Of a stretch of DNA of 62,945 nucleotides, positions 44,561 through 54,823 are shown in pieces. The translations under genes and the position numbers were made by a program. The stretch spans positions 1 through 62,945 of the forward strand of contig JBAZKH010000009.1 of NCBI GenBank assembly GCA_041650935.1. Reading direction: 5' to 3'. Source of the stretch: Candidatus Omnitrophota bacterium (GTDB lineage: Bacteria; Omnitrophota; Gorgyraeia; 2-01-FULL-45-10). Every line of letters begins with the position of its first letter. Positions within the stretch are counted from its first letter, which is position 1. Below the pieces are notes generated by a model, which was not told where the DNA came from, did not search any database, and saw nothing but the letters and a program-made list of their open reading frames with translations.

Positions 44561-46690
44561 TTAACGGCTTGACGATACCATGATCACATTCGAATATTCG
44601 GAGTATCCCGTCTCGCTGATGGCGCGTACCCTGTAATATTGTTTTCTATTGCGATTAACGCCGTAATCATAAAATGATGTTACATTTGCACATGCTTGAT
44701 TGATCTCCTGAAAATTTTTATTGTCGCGGCTTCTTTCCAGAACAAACCCCGTTTCATTATTCGAATTATCTTTCCAGCGTAATATGTTACAAGATGGTCC
44801 CGGAATTCCGACCAGATTCGATGGTGCTATAGGCCGCAGTCTTTTTTTAGCGCTTACTTCATTTGAGTACTGGGATTCTCCCGCGTTATTATAAGCGCAC
44901 ACTTTATAATAACATGTCGTATCCGTACCGTTTGTATCGCCATACCCCTCATCTTTATAGTGTGTTACATTACGAGGTACGGCAGCGATCTGGATATATG
45001 TGCCCGCCGCGCCCGCTTTTCTATATATCCTGAATTCGGTTTCGTCATTCGAGTTATCTTCCCAGGCTAGTTTCTTTCCGGTTATGCGTAGTCTTGACGG
45101 CGCAACGGGCGGATTACCCGTAAAAGTGATGCTTGCCGAATAAACCTGCGACCAATTGCCGCTTGCATCTTTGAACTTTACGTAGACGATTTTCCGTCCG
45201 GCTCCCTCCGAAAGTTTCCATGATTGGGTTCCGGCGTATGCCTGGTATGACCAGGATGAGCCGTCATTCGAAAGCGCCATCCCCTTGTCGCCGATGCCGT
45301 TTGTATCGGCGGCTGATAGAGTTAATACAACATCTCGTGAGGTTGTGCTGCCGCTACCCCCATTTATCTTTATCGTACCTGTGGGAGGCGTGGTGTCGGG
45401 GACAATCTTGATACTTGCCGAATAAACCTGCGACCAGTTACCCGCCGCATCCTTGAACTGCACACAGATGGTATGCTGTACGCCCGCTACAAACCTGACC
45501 GATCTTATTCCGGCATATGCCTCGGGCATCTGACTGTCGCCGTCGAAGGAGAAACGCATCTGGCTTACTCCGCTTCCCGCATCAAAGGCCGATAGATTTA
45601 ATACGAGCTTCTGTGAGTCTGTATTGCCGCTACCCCCATTTATCTTTATCGTGCCTGTGGGAGGCGTGGTATCCAGTATGATCTTTGCCGAACAGGATAC
45701 CCAGTGCCCCTTTTGATCCTTAGCCATAGCGTATACAGTCTTTACGCCATCACCCGAGGTTAGGTTCCATGTTATCGGTGATGTATAGAAGAAGTAGGTT
45801 TGGTTCGGCCAGTTTACGTTGTCGTTTGACAATTTTATTCTCGTAGGCTCCTCGCCGTAACCTAAGGTTAACTTGACGGTCTGGCAAGGCGTAGCCGCCG
45901 CGTCGCTGTTAATGTGTAGTGAATATTCAGACGGAACTTCATAACTCGGCTTACTCCAATAACCCGCTATCGGGACCTGGTCTTTGTTAAAGCCGTATTG
46001 GAAAGTCAGGTCCGCGTCTCCGCTAGTATTAGAGTACCTGAGGTAGAAGACGAAATTCTGAGGGTCGTATAAACCGACTGTGCTGGTTCCATTATCGTTC
46101 CAGCATCCGGCTAACGGGATCCAGCCTGCCCCCGCCGGACCGTATACGAATGTGATATCGGCCGTTCCGCCGGCATTGGAATTCTTTAAAAAGAAGGTGG
46201 ATGTTTTTGGGTCATACAGGCCTATAGTATCGATGCCGTCGCCATCCCAGTCTCCGGCTAACGGGATCCAGCCTGCTTTTTTTGCGCCGTATACGAACTT
46301 GATATCGGTACAACTATTTTCTTCATTGGCGTTACCGAGATAGAAGGTAGCCATTTTAGGATCATACAAGCCCATAGTATCGATGCCGTCGCCATCCCAG
46401 TCTCCGGCTAACGGGGTTCTGATTCCTTCCAGATCTATGTAATCCAGGCGGCTTGACAATGAGAAATCCATTTCATTCACATAGCCGTCACCGTTGACCC
46501 TCTTTAAATAGAAGCGCGATCCCGGAACATGCCCCGGATTATACAAACCGACGTCGCCCGCAGGTTTTTTTTGAATATCCGATGACGATGTTGCCGCCAG
46601 GGCGTCAGTCGTTACAAATAAAAAACTTAATAAAAGTATTAAGGAAAGGGACAAAAAAATGCCGCATTTAAGAATCGTATCTGTTTTCAT
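44561..46690 (-). CDS. large secreted repeat protein (FG-GAP/VCBS-like repeats, two Ig-like modules, two Fn3-like modules)
   Basis: 709 aa with a signal peptide. PLAGDWDGDGIDT-GLYDP occurs three times (plus one degenerate copy), DTTPPTGTIKINGGSG twice, and two C-terminal W-x-DNS-ET-F Fn3-like units. Confidence 0.8.
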   Translation of the reverse strand: MKTDTILKCGIFLSLSLILLLSFLFVTTDALAATSSSDIQKKPAGDVGLYNPGHVPGSRFYLKRVNGDGYVNEMDFSLSSRLDYIDLEGIRTPLAGDWDGDGIDTMGLYDPKMATFYLGNANEENSCTDIKFVYGAKKAGWIPLAGDWDGDGIDTIGLYDPKTSTFFLKNSNAGGTADITFVYGPAGAGWIPLAGCWNDNGTSTVGLYDPQNFVFYLRYSNTSGDADLTFQYGFNKDQVPIAGYWSKPSYEVPSEYSLHINSDAAATPCQTVKLTLGYGEEPTRIKLSNDNVNWPNQTYFFYTSPITWNLTSGDGVKTVYAMAKDQKGHWVSCSAKIILDTTPPTGTIKINGGSGNTDSQKLVLNLSAFDAGSGVSQMRFSFDGDSQMPEAYAGIRSVRFVAGVQHTICVQFKDAAGNWSQVYSASIKIVPDTTPPTGTIKINGGSGSTTSRDVVLTLSAADTNGIGDKGMALSNDGSSWSYQAYAGTQSWKLSEGAGRKIVYVKFKDASGNWSQVYSASITFTGNPPVAPSRLRITGKKLAWEDNSNDETEFRIYRKAGAAGTYIQIAAVPRNVTHYKDEGYGDTNGTDTTCYYKVCAYNNAGESQYSNEVSAKKRLRPIAPSNLVGIPGPSCNILRWKDNSNNETGFVLERSRDNKNFQEINQACANVTSFYDYGVNRNRKQYYRVRAISETGYSEYSNVIMVSSSR

Positions 46691-47185
46691 GGAACACCTC
46701 CGTTTTATGAATCTTTAAATGGATAACTAACAGAACACATCGATCAACTTAAATGCCTAACAGATAGTAGTACTGACATTTAACGTTTCTATTACAAGTA
46801 TACATTAGAAGAAAAGAAAGTCAATAGCAAATAACTTAGTTTTTTATATTTTAACATTTTTGGTCTATCCCTCCTCGTAAGGACTGGTATAGGCTGATTT
46901 ATGATGTATGTTTGTGCTTAACGTAAGGCAAAGATCAGAAGCAATAAAGATATAATTTTTCGTTCTTAAGGAAACTTGTTGATAGCCGCGCTATACGAGA
47001 TTAGGTCAACGACTGATATATTGCTAAGTGCAGAATAAGTAAGTGGTAGTTCTATCCGGTTTTCCAGAGTTCCAGCTTTCAAGCCGGAAAAGTCGAAGGA
47101 TCGCTCAACATAAATAGCAGGATAATTTGCTTTTTTTTGATTTATAAGGTATTATTTTAGGATACAAAATAAAGGGGGGTGTGGC

Positions 47186-47428
47186 ATGAGGAAATGTTTG
47201 GCAGTGTTTGCAGTAGCAGTATTTTTGGGAGCCGTAACACCGGTATTTGCCGAAACCGGGTTCAACGAAGCGGCCGCTTGTGTCCGGAGCTGGGGTAAGG
47301 GATGTCCGGCTAAGTCAGGCAGCGCCGAAGCGGTAGTGACGCCAAAGGCGGCAAAGATCACGGATGCTTTAGGGAATAAAGTATCTACCATGACAGATAA
47401 TTCCGGGAAGTCAACCCTCGGACACTAG
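47186..47428 (+). CDS. small secreted protein
   Basis: 80 aa with signal peptide MRKCLAVFAVAVFLGAVTPVFA and an AAAGGGGGG SD. Confidence 0.5.
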   Translation: MRKCLAVFAVAVFLGAVTPVFAETGFNEAAACVRSWGKGCPAKSGSAEAVVTPKAAKITDALGNKVSTMTDNSGKSTLGH

Positions 47429-47443
47429 AAGCCGAAAATAGAT

Positions 47444-47545
47444 AATAATTGGGGACAGATATCCGTTCTCGCCTAAATCGCAGCAGGGGAGGTTTAAGCC
47501 TCCCCTGCTATGTGATGGGAAGATCGGTGCCTGTCCCCAATTATT
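47444..47545. repeat. 102-bp palindromic (MITE-like or terminator-like) element
   Basis: 15-bp terminal inverted repeats aataattggggacag / ctgtccccaattatt enclose the hairpin gcaggggagg-tttaag-cctcccctgc (47483-47508). Confidence 0.85.
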
Positions 47546-47584
47546 TTGGACAATCACAAAATAAAGGAATATAATAATTATCAT

Positions 47585-48967
47585 ATGATAAGAAAATTAA
47601 TAGCGCTTATAGTCATCGCTCTGTCGCTCGGCTTTACGGGTAAGAGTTTGGGATTAAATTTTCATCAGTCCCTGGCTATAGCCATATTTTCCGCCTCGAT
47701 ACTGGGCACGCTATTCTTCTGGGATTTTCGCTTGAGCTTTGCATTCCTCGGCACCGCGCTCCTATTAATGACACGGACGATAGACATGGAACATCTTATA
47801 AGGTTCGCGTCCGTCGATGTCATCCTATTCTTAGTCTGCATGATGGTCCTGGTAGGTCTTTTGAAAGAACACGGTTTCTTCAACATAGTCTCGCACCTTC
47901 TTCTGGGCGTAAAACGCCTCAATGCCCGCAAGTTTATTATAATACTCTCCGTAGTTTCGGCCGCCATGGCGGCTATGATAGACGAGGTGACGTCGGTCAT
48001 ATTTATGATCGTAGCGACGCTCGAGATCTGCGACCGGCTGGAAGTGGACCCCGTGCCGTTTCTCATCACATCGGTTCTCGCTACGAATATAGGAAGCGCC
48101 TCGACCGTTCTCGGCAACCCCATAGGCATACTGATTGCGACGAAATCCGGCCTGACATTCGAAGATTTCCTGATCAAGGCGTCTCCTCTGGCCGCGCTAT
48201 GCCTTGCCGTTACGATCTGCATCTGCATAGTTTGGTACAATAAGCCGCTTAAAGCGATGGATGAACGATTGAAGCATTTTAAGGATAAACAGATAGAGGC
48301 TATGGAAAAACATATAGTCTTCGGGAAAGACCTTAAAATAAGCCTGGCAATATTCGGAGCGACACTTGTATTCATAGCGCTCCATCACCGCCTGGAGATT
48401 CTCTGGGGGCTGGACCGGAACATAATACTTTTAGCCGCGCCTCTCATTGCCTGCAGCGTGGTATTTATATGGAAGCAGAAGAACGCGAGGAAGCACATAG
48501 AGCGCGATGTGGAATGGTGGACGCTTCTATTTTTCCTCTTCCTGTTCGCCCAGGCCGGCACTCTCCAGTATACAGGCGCGACGGATGCGCTGGCTGCCCA
48601 AATGGTCGTTACGGCGAAGGGCAGTTTAAATGTATTAAGCGGAGCTATTTTATGGATAGCGGCTATAGGCTCCGCCGTTCTAGATAACGTTGTACTGGTA
48701 GCCGCCGTGATCCCCGTCATCCAGAGCTTCAAAGCCTCCGGCGTCAGCTCACAGGCGTTATGGTGGGCGCTCCTATTCGGCGGATGCCTCGGCGGGAATA
48801 TAACGCTCGTCGGTTCAACGGCTAATATCGTCGCTCTCGGGATCCTCGAAAAAGAGAAGAATATACGCATAACTTTTTTAAGGTGGTTCGGCATAGGATT
48901 GACGACAGGAATAGTGACTACTCTTGTTGTCTGGACAGCCCTCTCCTTTCTTCCCTTTTACCAATAG
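47585..48967 (+). CDS. ArsB/NhaD/SLC13-superfamily anion permease
   Basis: 460 aa polytopic protein from ATG 47585 (MIRKLIALIV), with an internal repeat architecture and a central hydrophilic loop. Confidence 0.7.
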   Translation: MIRKLIALIVIALSLGFTGKSLGLNFHQSLAIAIFSASILGTLFFWDFRLSFAFLGTALLLMTRTIDMEHLIRFASVDVILFLVCMMVLVGLLKEHGFFNIVSHLLLGVKRLNARKFIIILSVVSAAMAAMIDEVTSVIFMIVATLEICDRLEVDPVPFLITSVLATNIGSASTVLGNPIGILIATKSGLTFEDFLIKASPLAALCLAVTICICIVWYNKPLKAMDERLKHFKDKQIEAMEKHIVFGKDLKISLAIFGATLVFIALHHRLEILWGLDRNIILLAAPLIACSVVFIWKQKNARKHIERDVEWWTLLFFLFLFAQAGTLQYTGATDALAAQMVVTAKGSLNVLSGAILWIAAIGSAVLDNVVLVAAVIPVIQSFKASGVSSQALWWALLFGGCLGGNITLVGSTANIVALGILEKEKNIRITFLRWFGIGLTTGIVTTLVVWTALSFLPFYQ

Positions 48968-48978
48968 ACCCATAATAG

Positions 48979-49890
48979 ATGAAAAAGATAATTTTAATAA
49001 TAGCTATAACGGCCGGACTCGTAATTGCCGGGAAGGTTTCCTACGACGTATTCGGCCGTGCGATTGAATGTCACTGGCAGGCTGTTGCGGCGCAGCGGGC
49101 GGGGTGGGCACGCCTTAAGGAAGACGTTACAAAGATGGCCGGACAATACAAAGGCGACGTTGCGCTCGTCATCAAAGACCTGGGGACGGGCGCTCGGATA
49201 GAGATTAACGAAAATATGGAAATCCCCTCGGCGAGCCTTGTCAAGATACCCATAATGCTCGCCGTCTTTTCCGAGGCCAAAGCCGGCAGAATAACGTTAA
49301 ATGATGCGATAGAACTAAGACAGTCGGATAAGACCGACGGATCCGGCGTGCTGAAGAACGCGCTTACCGGGCCGAGTTACAAAATAGAGGCGCTCGTCTC
49401 GCTCATGATTACGCAGAGCGATAATACCGCCGCAAATATGTTGATAAACAGGCTGGGCATGGATGAGCTCAATCAATCTTTTAAAAAGTTCGGGTTGAAG
49501 CATACGAATCTATCCCGCAGGATGATGGATTTTAAGTCCAGGAAATACGGCATCGAAAATTACACCACCGCCGCGGATATGGCGCATATCCTGGAAGAAC
49601 TCTATCGCGGCTCCTTCATCAGTAAGGGCATCTCTAACAGCTGCCTGGAATATTTGTCGGAACAGAAGATAAACGACAGGATCCCCAAAAAACTTCCCTC
49701 GGGCGTTACCGTCGCCCACAAGACGGGGCTTGAGAACGGAGTTTGCCATGATGTGGGCATAGTCTATACGGATAAGGGAAATTTTATCATCTGCGCCCTG
49801 ATAAAACACAGGTCTTCTACCGCCCGTCAGGCAAAGAGACTGATAGCGTATCTATCGCTATCAGTCTATAATTATTATAACGCGCTCTAA
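48979..49890 (+). CDS. class A beta-lactamase-fold serine hydrolase
   Basis: SxxK (SASLVK), SDN (QSDNTAAN) and KTG (HKTGL) motifs in canonical order, with an N-terminal anchor or signal. Confidence 0.8.
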   Translation: MKKIILIIAITAGLVIAGKVSYDVFGRAIECHWQAVAAQRAGWARLKEDVTKMAGQYKGDVALVIKDLGTGARIEINENMEIPSASLVKIPIMLAVFSEAKAGRITLNDAIELRQSDKTDGSGVLKNALTGPSYKIEALVSLMITQSDNTAANMLINRLGMDELNQSFKKFGLKHTNLSRRMMDFKSRKYGIENYTTAADMAHILEELYRGSFISKGISNSCLEYLSEQKINDRIPKKLPSGVTVAHKTGLENGVCHDVGIVYTDKGNFIICALIKHRSSTARQAKRLIAYLSLSVYNYYNAL

Positions 49891-49921
49891 AAGATATGAT
49901 ATAATCAAGGCCTACCGATAA

Positions 49922-50404
49922 ATGCATAAAGATAACGTGCTTGAGAAAGCCGCGCATCTTTTTAAATCGTTATACTTTAAACTCATAAAGATAAACGATA
50001 CGCCGCATAAGATAGCGGTTGGTTTCGGCATCGGTGTATTTGCAGGCATCATGCCTTTTGCCGGCCCGATAATCGCCATATTTTTAGCCGTCCTATTCAA
50101 GGTAAACCGCGCCGCCGCTTTTCTGGGCGCCCTGATTACAAATACCTGGATCAGCGTAGCGGCCTTTTTCTTGTCGATCAGTATAGGGTCTTCGATATTC
50201 GATATCGATGGAGAGACTATCAAGGCCCGATGGATGACGCTATTGAAAGATTTTCATTTAGCGAGCCTTTTTAAGGCGTCGGTATTAGAAATTATACTTC
50301 CCGTCGTTATAGGATATATCGTAATCGCAATTATTTCCGCGCTGGCGGCATATGCCGCGGCCATTACAATAATGAAACTCAAAAACCGTAAAAAGACAGG
50401 TTAA
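49922..50404 (+). CDS. DUF2062-family membrane protein
   Basis: 160 aa. TPHKIAVGFGIGVFAGIMPF matches the DUF2062 signature region. 3-4 TM segments. Confidence 0.75.
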   Translation: MHKDNVLEKAAHLFKSLYFKLIKINDTPHKIAVGFGIGVFAGIMPFAGPIIAIFLAVLFKVNRAAAFLGALITNTWISVAAFFLSISIGSSIFDIDGETIKARWMTLLKDFHLASLFKASVLEIILPVVIGYIVIAIISALAAYAAAITIMKLKNRKKTG

Positions 50405-50408
50405 AAGT

Positions 50409-52985
50409 ATGCCGTTACAGGAGCTCGACCTGAAAAGTATAAAAGGCCTTACCGCGTCCGCGTCCGCGGAAAGACTCAAAACGGACGGATATAATGAATT
50501 GCCGTCTGCCAAGCGGAGGAGCGCCTTCGCGATCGCTTTCGGAGTCTTCCGGGAACCGATGTTTATCCTTCTCGTTGCCTGCGGTGTCATCTATTTTATA
50601 CTGGGCGAACTTCACGATGCCGCCATGCTGTTAGGGTTTGTCTTTGTAATAATGGGCATAACGATATATCAGGAAGGGAAGGCGGAGAGAGCGATAGAAG
50701 CCTTGCGGGACCTCTCAAGCCCGCGCGCGCTTGTTATAAGGGATGGTGAGCAGAAGAGGATATCGGGCAGGGAAGTCGTCAGGGGCGATATAATAATTAT
50801 CCGGGAAGGCGACAGGGTGCCGGCTGACGCGGTCCTTCTATGGGGCATAAACGTTACGGCGGACGAATCTATCCTGTCGGGCGAATCGGTTCCGGTCCGT
50901 AAATCGCCCGACAAAGACGCGGAGATGGAATTCAAAAGGCCCGGAGGCGATGATCTGCCGTTCCTTTATTCCGGGAGCCTTGTGGTTCACGGCCAGGGTG
51001 TGGCAAAAGTCGTATCGGTAGGCCAGCATACCGAGATGGGTAAGATCGGTAAGGCGCTCAGCCAGATCAAAGAAGAAGAGACCCTCCTCCAGAAAGAGAC
51101 GGGCAGGCTGGTCAAGGTGATATTCGCGATCGCAAGTTTTCTCTGCGTAGTTATAATAGTTGCATACGGTTTAACCAGGGGTAACTGGATGGAGTCTATT
51201 CTTGCCGGGATAACGCTGGCGATGGCGATGCTGCCGGAAGAGTTCCCTGTCGTCCTTACCATATTTCTCGCGTTGGGTGCGTGGAGGATCTCGAAGAAGG
51301 ATGTGCTTACAAGAAGGGCCGCGGCTGTCGAGATACTCGGTTCGTCGACGGTATTATGCGTGGATAAAACAGGGACGCTTACGCAGAACAGGATGTCTAT
51401 AAAGAAATTATTTAACGGCAGGGAATTTTATGATATCGCCGAAGGCAGGAAAACTCCGCTTCCGGAAAAGTTCCATGAGGTTGTAGAATACGGCATACTC
51501 GCCAGCAAGAAGGATCCCTTCGATCCTATAGAGCGGGCGCTGGAAGAATTGGGGTATACGACCCTTTATAATACGGAGCATATACACAAAGACTGGCCGC
51601 TTGTGGAAGAATACCCGATATCCAGGAAGATGACTGCCCTTTCGCATGTATGGGAGACTCCTGATAGAAAGGGTTTTGTGGTATCGGCTAAGGGCGCGCC
51701 CGAAGCGATCCAGGACCTGTGCCACCTTAGCGCCGCCGAGAAAGGAGAGCTCGGTGCGCGGATAAACGAGATGGCCGCTGACGGTCTGCGGGTACTGGGA
51801 GTGGCGAAGGCATCCTTTGCCAAAGAGAAGCTCCCGTCCTCCCAGCACGATTTCGACTTCAAATTCATAGGGTTGATAGGCCTGATCGATCCGATACGGC
51901 CCAGCGTGCCTCGCGCTATACAGGAATGTTACTATGCCGGGATACGGGTGGTCATGATAACGGGCGACTATCCGATCACGGCCCAGAATATCGCAAAGCA
52001 TATAGGCTTGAAAAACCCCTCGGATATTATTACCGGGCCCGAGCTTGAGCGGTTGAACCCGGAAGAGCTTAAGGATAGATGCGCCACGGTCAATATATTT
52101 TCCCGCGTACAGCCCGAGCAGAAACTTTTAATAGTAAAAGCGCTGAAGTCGGCCGGGGAAGTCGTTGCGATGACCGGCGACGGTGTAAACGATGCCCCCG
52201 CCCTGAAATCGGCCCAGATAGGCATAGCCATGGGCGAACGCGGCACCGACGTTGCCAGGGAGGCCTCCGACATAGTGCTCCTGAACGACGACTTCTCTTC
52301 GATAGTGGAAGCGGTCAGGCTCGGCAGGAGGATATTCGATAATCTTAAGAAAGCCATGGCTTATATAATAAGCGTGCATATCCCGATAGCCGGCGCTGCT
52401 CTTATCCCCGTTATAATGGGCTGGCCGATCATACTATATCCGGCGCATATTGTATTTCTCGAGCTTATCATAGACCCCGCCTGTTCGATCGCCTTCGAAT
52501 CGGAACCGGCGGAAAGAGATATCATGCGCCGTCCGCCCAGAGACCCGAAAGATTCGCTCTTCGGACGGATGCTTGTTACATTAAGTCTTTTGCAAGGGCT
52601 GTCCTCGCTCGCGGCCGTTATCGTGGTCTTCAAGCTCTCGCTATATTTCGGGCAGGGTGAAGCCGTTGCCAGGGCGCTTGCGTTTATTACGCTGATAATA
52701 TCGAATATCTGCCTCATACTTACCAACCGTTCATGGACGAGGAACATAATCTCGCTCTTTTCCGTTAGCAATAAGGCTGTCGTTTGGCTGGTTGCCGGCG
52801 CTATACTATTTTTGATGCTTATAATATACGTCCCGTCCCTGCAAAGAGCATTTCACTTTGGCCAGGTATGCTCGAAAGATATCCTGATATGTCTGGTTGC
52901 CGGGATATGGAGCATTTTGTGGTTCGAACTATTTAAGACATTGTTTAATAAAGACCATCTCTCTCGGATCGAACAAAGCCATTAA
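50409..52985 (+). CDS. P-type cation-transporting ATPase (P2/Ca2+-Mg2+-like)
   Basis: 858 aa with TGES-type actuator SGES, phosphorylation site DKTGTLT, TGDGVNDAPAL hinge and 10 TM segments. Confidence 0.93.
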   Translation: MPLQELDLKSIKGLTASASAERLKTDGYNELPSAKRRSAFAIAFGVFREPMFILLVACGVIYFILGELHDAAMLLGFVFVIMGITIYQEGKAERAIEALRDLSSPRALVIRDGEQKRISGREVVRGDIIIIREGDRVPADAVLLWGINVTADESILSGESVPVRKSPDKDAEMEFKRPGGDDLPFLYSGSLVVHGQGVAKVVSVGQHTEMGKIGKALSQIKEEETLLQKETGRLVKVIFAIASFLCVVIIVAYGLTRGNWMESILAGITLAMAMLPEEFPVVLTIFLALGAWRISKKDVLTRRAAAVEILGSSTVLCVDKTGTLTQNRMSIKKLFNGREFYDIAEGRKTPLPEKFHEVVEYGILASKKDPFDPIERALEELGYTTLYNTEHIHKDWPLVEEYPISRKMTALSHVWETPDRKGFVVSAKGAPEAIQDLCHLSAAEKGELGARINEMAADGLRVLGVAKASFAKEKLPSSQHDFDFKFIGLIGLIDPIRPSVPRAIQECYYAGIRVVMITGDYPITAQNIAKHIGLKNPSDIITGPELERLNPEELKDRCATVNIFSRVQPEQKLLIVKALKSAGEVVAMTGDGVNDAPALKSAQIGIAMGERGTDVAREASDIVLLNDDFSSIVEAVRLGRRIFDNLKKAMAYIISVHIPIAGAALIPVIMGWPIILYPAHIVFLELIIDPACSIAFESEPAERDIMRRPPRDPKDSLFGRMLVTLSLLQGLSSLAAVIVVFKLSLYFGQGEAVARALAFITLIISNICLILTNRSWTRNIISLFSVSNKAVVWLVAGAILFLMLIIYVPSLQRAFHFGQVCSKDILICLVAGIWSILWFELFKTLFNKDHLSRIEQSH

Positions 52986-53009
52986 AAAGATGGGAGGGTT
53001 TTCGGCATA

Positions 53010-53339
53010 ATGATACTTAAACATTTTCTTGTGCGGATATTTACAATAATAATCTTTTTGGCGGCAGCTATGTCAATAACCTTGTCCGCTGCCGGCGCGC
53101 CTATATTAAAACCGACGATAGCCGAGATAAAGGCGGATAGTAAGTCCGCCACGTTGTCTGCCGTGGATAAATTATGGCTCAGGACGGATGTGCTTATGTC
53201 CGGCACAACGAAGATAAAGACCCTGGTGAATATATTTACCAATAAAGTCGAATACGTCTGGTCGGTCTACAACTGCTATGTAAGGCCGGATTACGTATTA
53301 CCGAATGCCCAGACATTATATAACGAAACTCATTCTTGA
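53010..53339 (+). CDS. secreted hypothetical protein
   Basis: 109 aa with an N-terminal hydrophobic segment. No recognisable motifs. Confidence 0.4.
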   Translation: MILKHFLVRIFTIIIFLAAAMSITLSAAGAPILKPTIAEIKADSKSATLSAVDKLWLRTDVLMSGTTKIKTLVNIFTNKVEYVWSVYNCYVRPDYVLPNAQTLYNETHS

Positions 53340-53352
53340 AAGATAATGAATA

Positions 53353-53381
53353 TTGACCCGATAAAGCCGCAGGCGTATAAT
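53353..53381 (+). promoter_or_regulatory. near-consensus sigma-70 promoter
   Basis: TTGACC, a 17-nt spacer, then TATAAT. Confidence 0.7.
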
Positions 53382-53438
53382 ATAACCAATAGGTCTTTTA
53401 TTTTAGAATGAAATCAGTTTTAAGGAGGTGAGAAAGGG

Positions 53439-53765
53439 ATGAAGAAAGTTGCATTGGCAATTATAGCTATTGCGTTTGTAGCAGGGGTTGCGTTTGCTCA
53501 AGGCGCAGCAGAGGAAGCAAAGGCCGGAGTAGTTAAAGTGGTTAACGTAACACTGGCCGAGCCGGCAAAAGGCGTTGCTAACGGTACCATAACCGTAGCG
53601 GACGATACAGGGAAGGCCATGGAATATACGGTTACCCAGAGCACCAAGATTATTGGCGTTACCTTAGATGCCGTTACCTTGAATCAGCTTAAGATAGGCG
53701 AGAAGATTACGATCAAATCCAAGGCGGGCTCTAAAGAAGTTTCTTCTATAAAGGTAGTTGAATAG
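53439..53765 (+). CDS. small secreted protein
   Basis: 108 aa with signal peptide MKKVALAIIAIAFVAGVAFA, a strong AAGGAGGTGA SD, a consensus promoter upstream and a terminator downstream. Confidence 0.6.
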   Translation: MKKVALAIIAIAFVAGVAFAQGAAEEAKAGVVKVVNVTLAEPAKGVANGTITVADDTGKAMEYTVTQSTKIIGVTLDAVTLNQLKIGEKITIKSKAGSKEVSSIKVVE

Positions 53766-53787
53766 TTACAGCCGGTAGTGTTAAAAT

Positions 53788-53830
53788 AACAGCCATCCTG
53801 CGGCCTAAAGCCGGGGTGGCTGTTATTGTC
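53788..53830 (+). terminator. intrinsic terminator-like hairpin
   Basis: aacagccatcc / ggggtggctgtt stem with an inner gcggcc..gccgg, followed by a weak T-rich tail attgtcttc. Confidence 0.5.
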
Positions 53831-53853
53831 TTCAAAAAATGTAAAGGACCAGG

Positions 53854-54174
53854 ATGGCGACATACGAGGATTTCAGGAAGATAGAACTGAAGATAGCCAG
53901 GATCAAAGAGGTGAACGATCATCCAAATGCGGACAGGCTCTATGTAATAATCGTTGAAGCCGGCGATAAGACGAAACAGATAGTCGCCGGGATCAAGAAT
54001 TCTTATAAAAAAGAGGATCTGGTGGGTAAGAAGGTCGTCCTGGTCGATAATCTAGACCCGGCCGTATTGAGGGGAGTCGAGAGCCAGGGGATGCTCCTTG
54101 CCGCCTCCGATGAGAAAGGCATCTCCATTATCACGCCCGACCGCGATGTCGTATTGGGAAGTATCGTAAAATAG
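53854..54174 (+). CDS. tRNA-binding domain protein (CsaA/EMAP-like)
   Basis: 106 aa with the FRKIELKIARIKEV--HPNADRLYV...QIVAG...LVGKKVV.V.NL...LRGVESQGMLLAA pattern. Confidence 0.85.
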   Translation: MATYEDFRKIELKIARIKEVNDHPNADRLYVIIVEAGDKTKQIVAGIKNSYKKEDLVGKKVVLVDNLDPAVLRGVESQGMLLAASDEKGISIITPDRDVVLGSIVK

Positions 54175-54258
54175 TTGTTAGTTGTACGCTGCCGGTTGTT
54201 AGTTATTAATCGTCAGTTTAAAGCGCGTTCGTTGGATGGGAAGCAGTAGACTTATCGT

Positions 54259-54335
54259 GTGCCTGTAGCTCAGTTGGATAGAGTACCTGGCTACGAACCA
54301 GGTGGTCGCAGGTTCGAATCCTGCCAGGCACGCCA
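54259..54335 (+). tRNA. tRNA-Arg (anticodon ACG), CCA encoded
   Basis: Acceptor GTGCCTG/CAGGCAC, anticodon stem CCTGG/CCAGG with loop CTACGAA, T-loop TTCGAAT. Confidence 0.93.
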
Positions 54336-54340
54336 TCTAG

Positions 54341-54444
54341 GGATTCGAAGCCAATTTTCGCCGACCAACGGGAGGGAAAGCCCTCCGGGCGACAGAAAAT
54401 TGGCTGGCTAGGAGCCGAGCTCTGCGAGGCGGATAGCCGAATCC
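54341..54444. repeat. 104-bp nested hairpin element immediately 3' of tRNA-Arg
   Basis: Outer stem ggattcg/cgaatcc, middle stem gccaattttcgcc/ggcgacagaaaattggc, apex ggaggg-aaag-ccctcc. The following 21 nt resemble the tRNA 3' end (16/21 matches). Confidence 0.8.
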
Positions 54445-54500
54445 CGTTAGCCACCCCAGCGTCTCTTATGAAATTTGAAACCGAATTAGGCGATAATTAG

Positions 54501-54725
54501 ATGAAATTACGAATGCAATCATTATTGATATTACTTGGAGCATATTTTTTATATCAAGCAACACGGAATATTAAGAAAGGCGAGTTTTTTTATTTCCACG
54601 GTAACTTTAAATGTACCCGCAAGAATAATAAATATCATTTTTGGATCAGCACTATAGCATGCATACTTGTTGGTATTTTTCTTATTGCTATGGGTGTTTT
54701 GTATATTAGCGGGTTACTAAAATGA
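54501..54725 (+). CDS. small two-TM membrane protein
   Basis: 74 aa with two hydrophobic segments. AT-rich coding region. Confidence 0.4.
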   Translation: MKLRMQSLLILLGAYFLYQATRNIKKGEFFYFHGNFKCTRKNNKYHFWISTIACILVGIFLIAMGVLYISGLLK

Positions 54726-54823
54726 TTTCAGCGATATTTAATATCATAGTTTTAACGATTATGCTAAAGAGTAAACACATCTTTGGTAAGGGAAGCAGGG
54801 AACAGATACCTATCTAAAATAAA

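Noticed and set aside
48979-49890. Calling the class-A beta-lactamase-fold protein an antibiotic-resistance gene
   Set aside because: The SxxK/SDN/KTG motifs show the fold, but activity and spectrum cannot be inferred. Many such proteins are non-resistance serine hydrolases.
54218-54454. 78-aa minus-strand ORF from the track
   Set aside because: It is antisense to tRNA-Arg and the adjacent nested hairpin, so it is an artefact of structured non-coding sequence.
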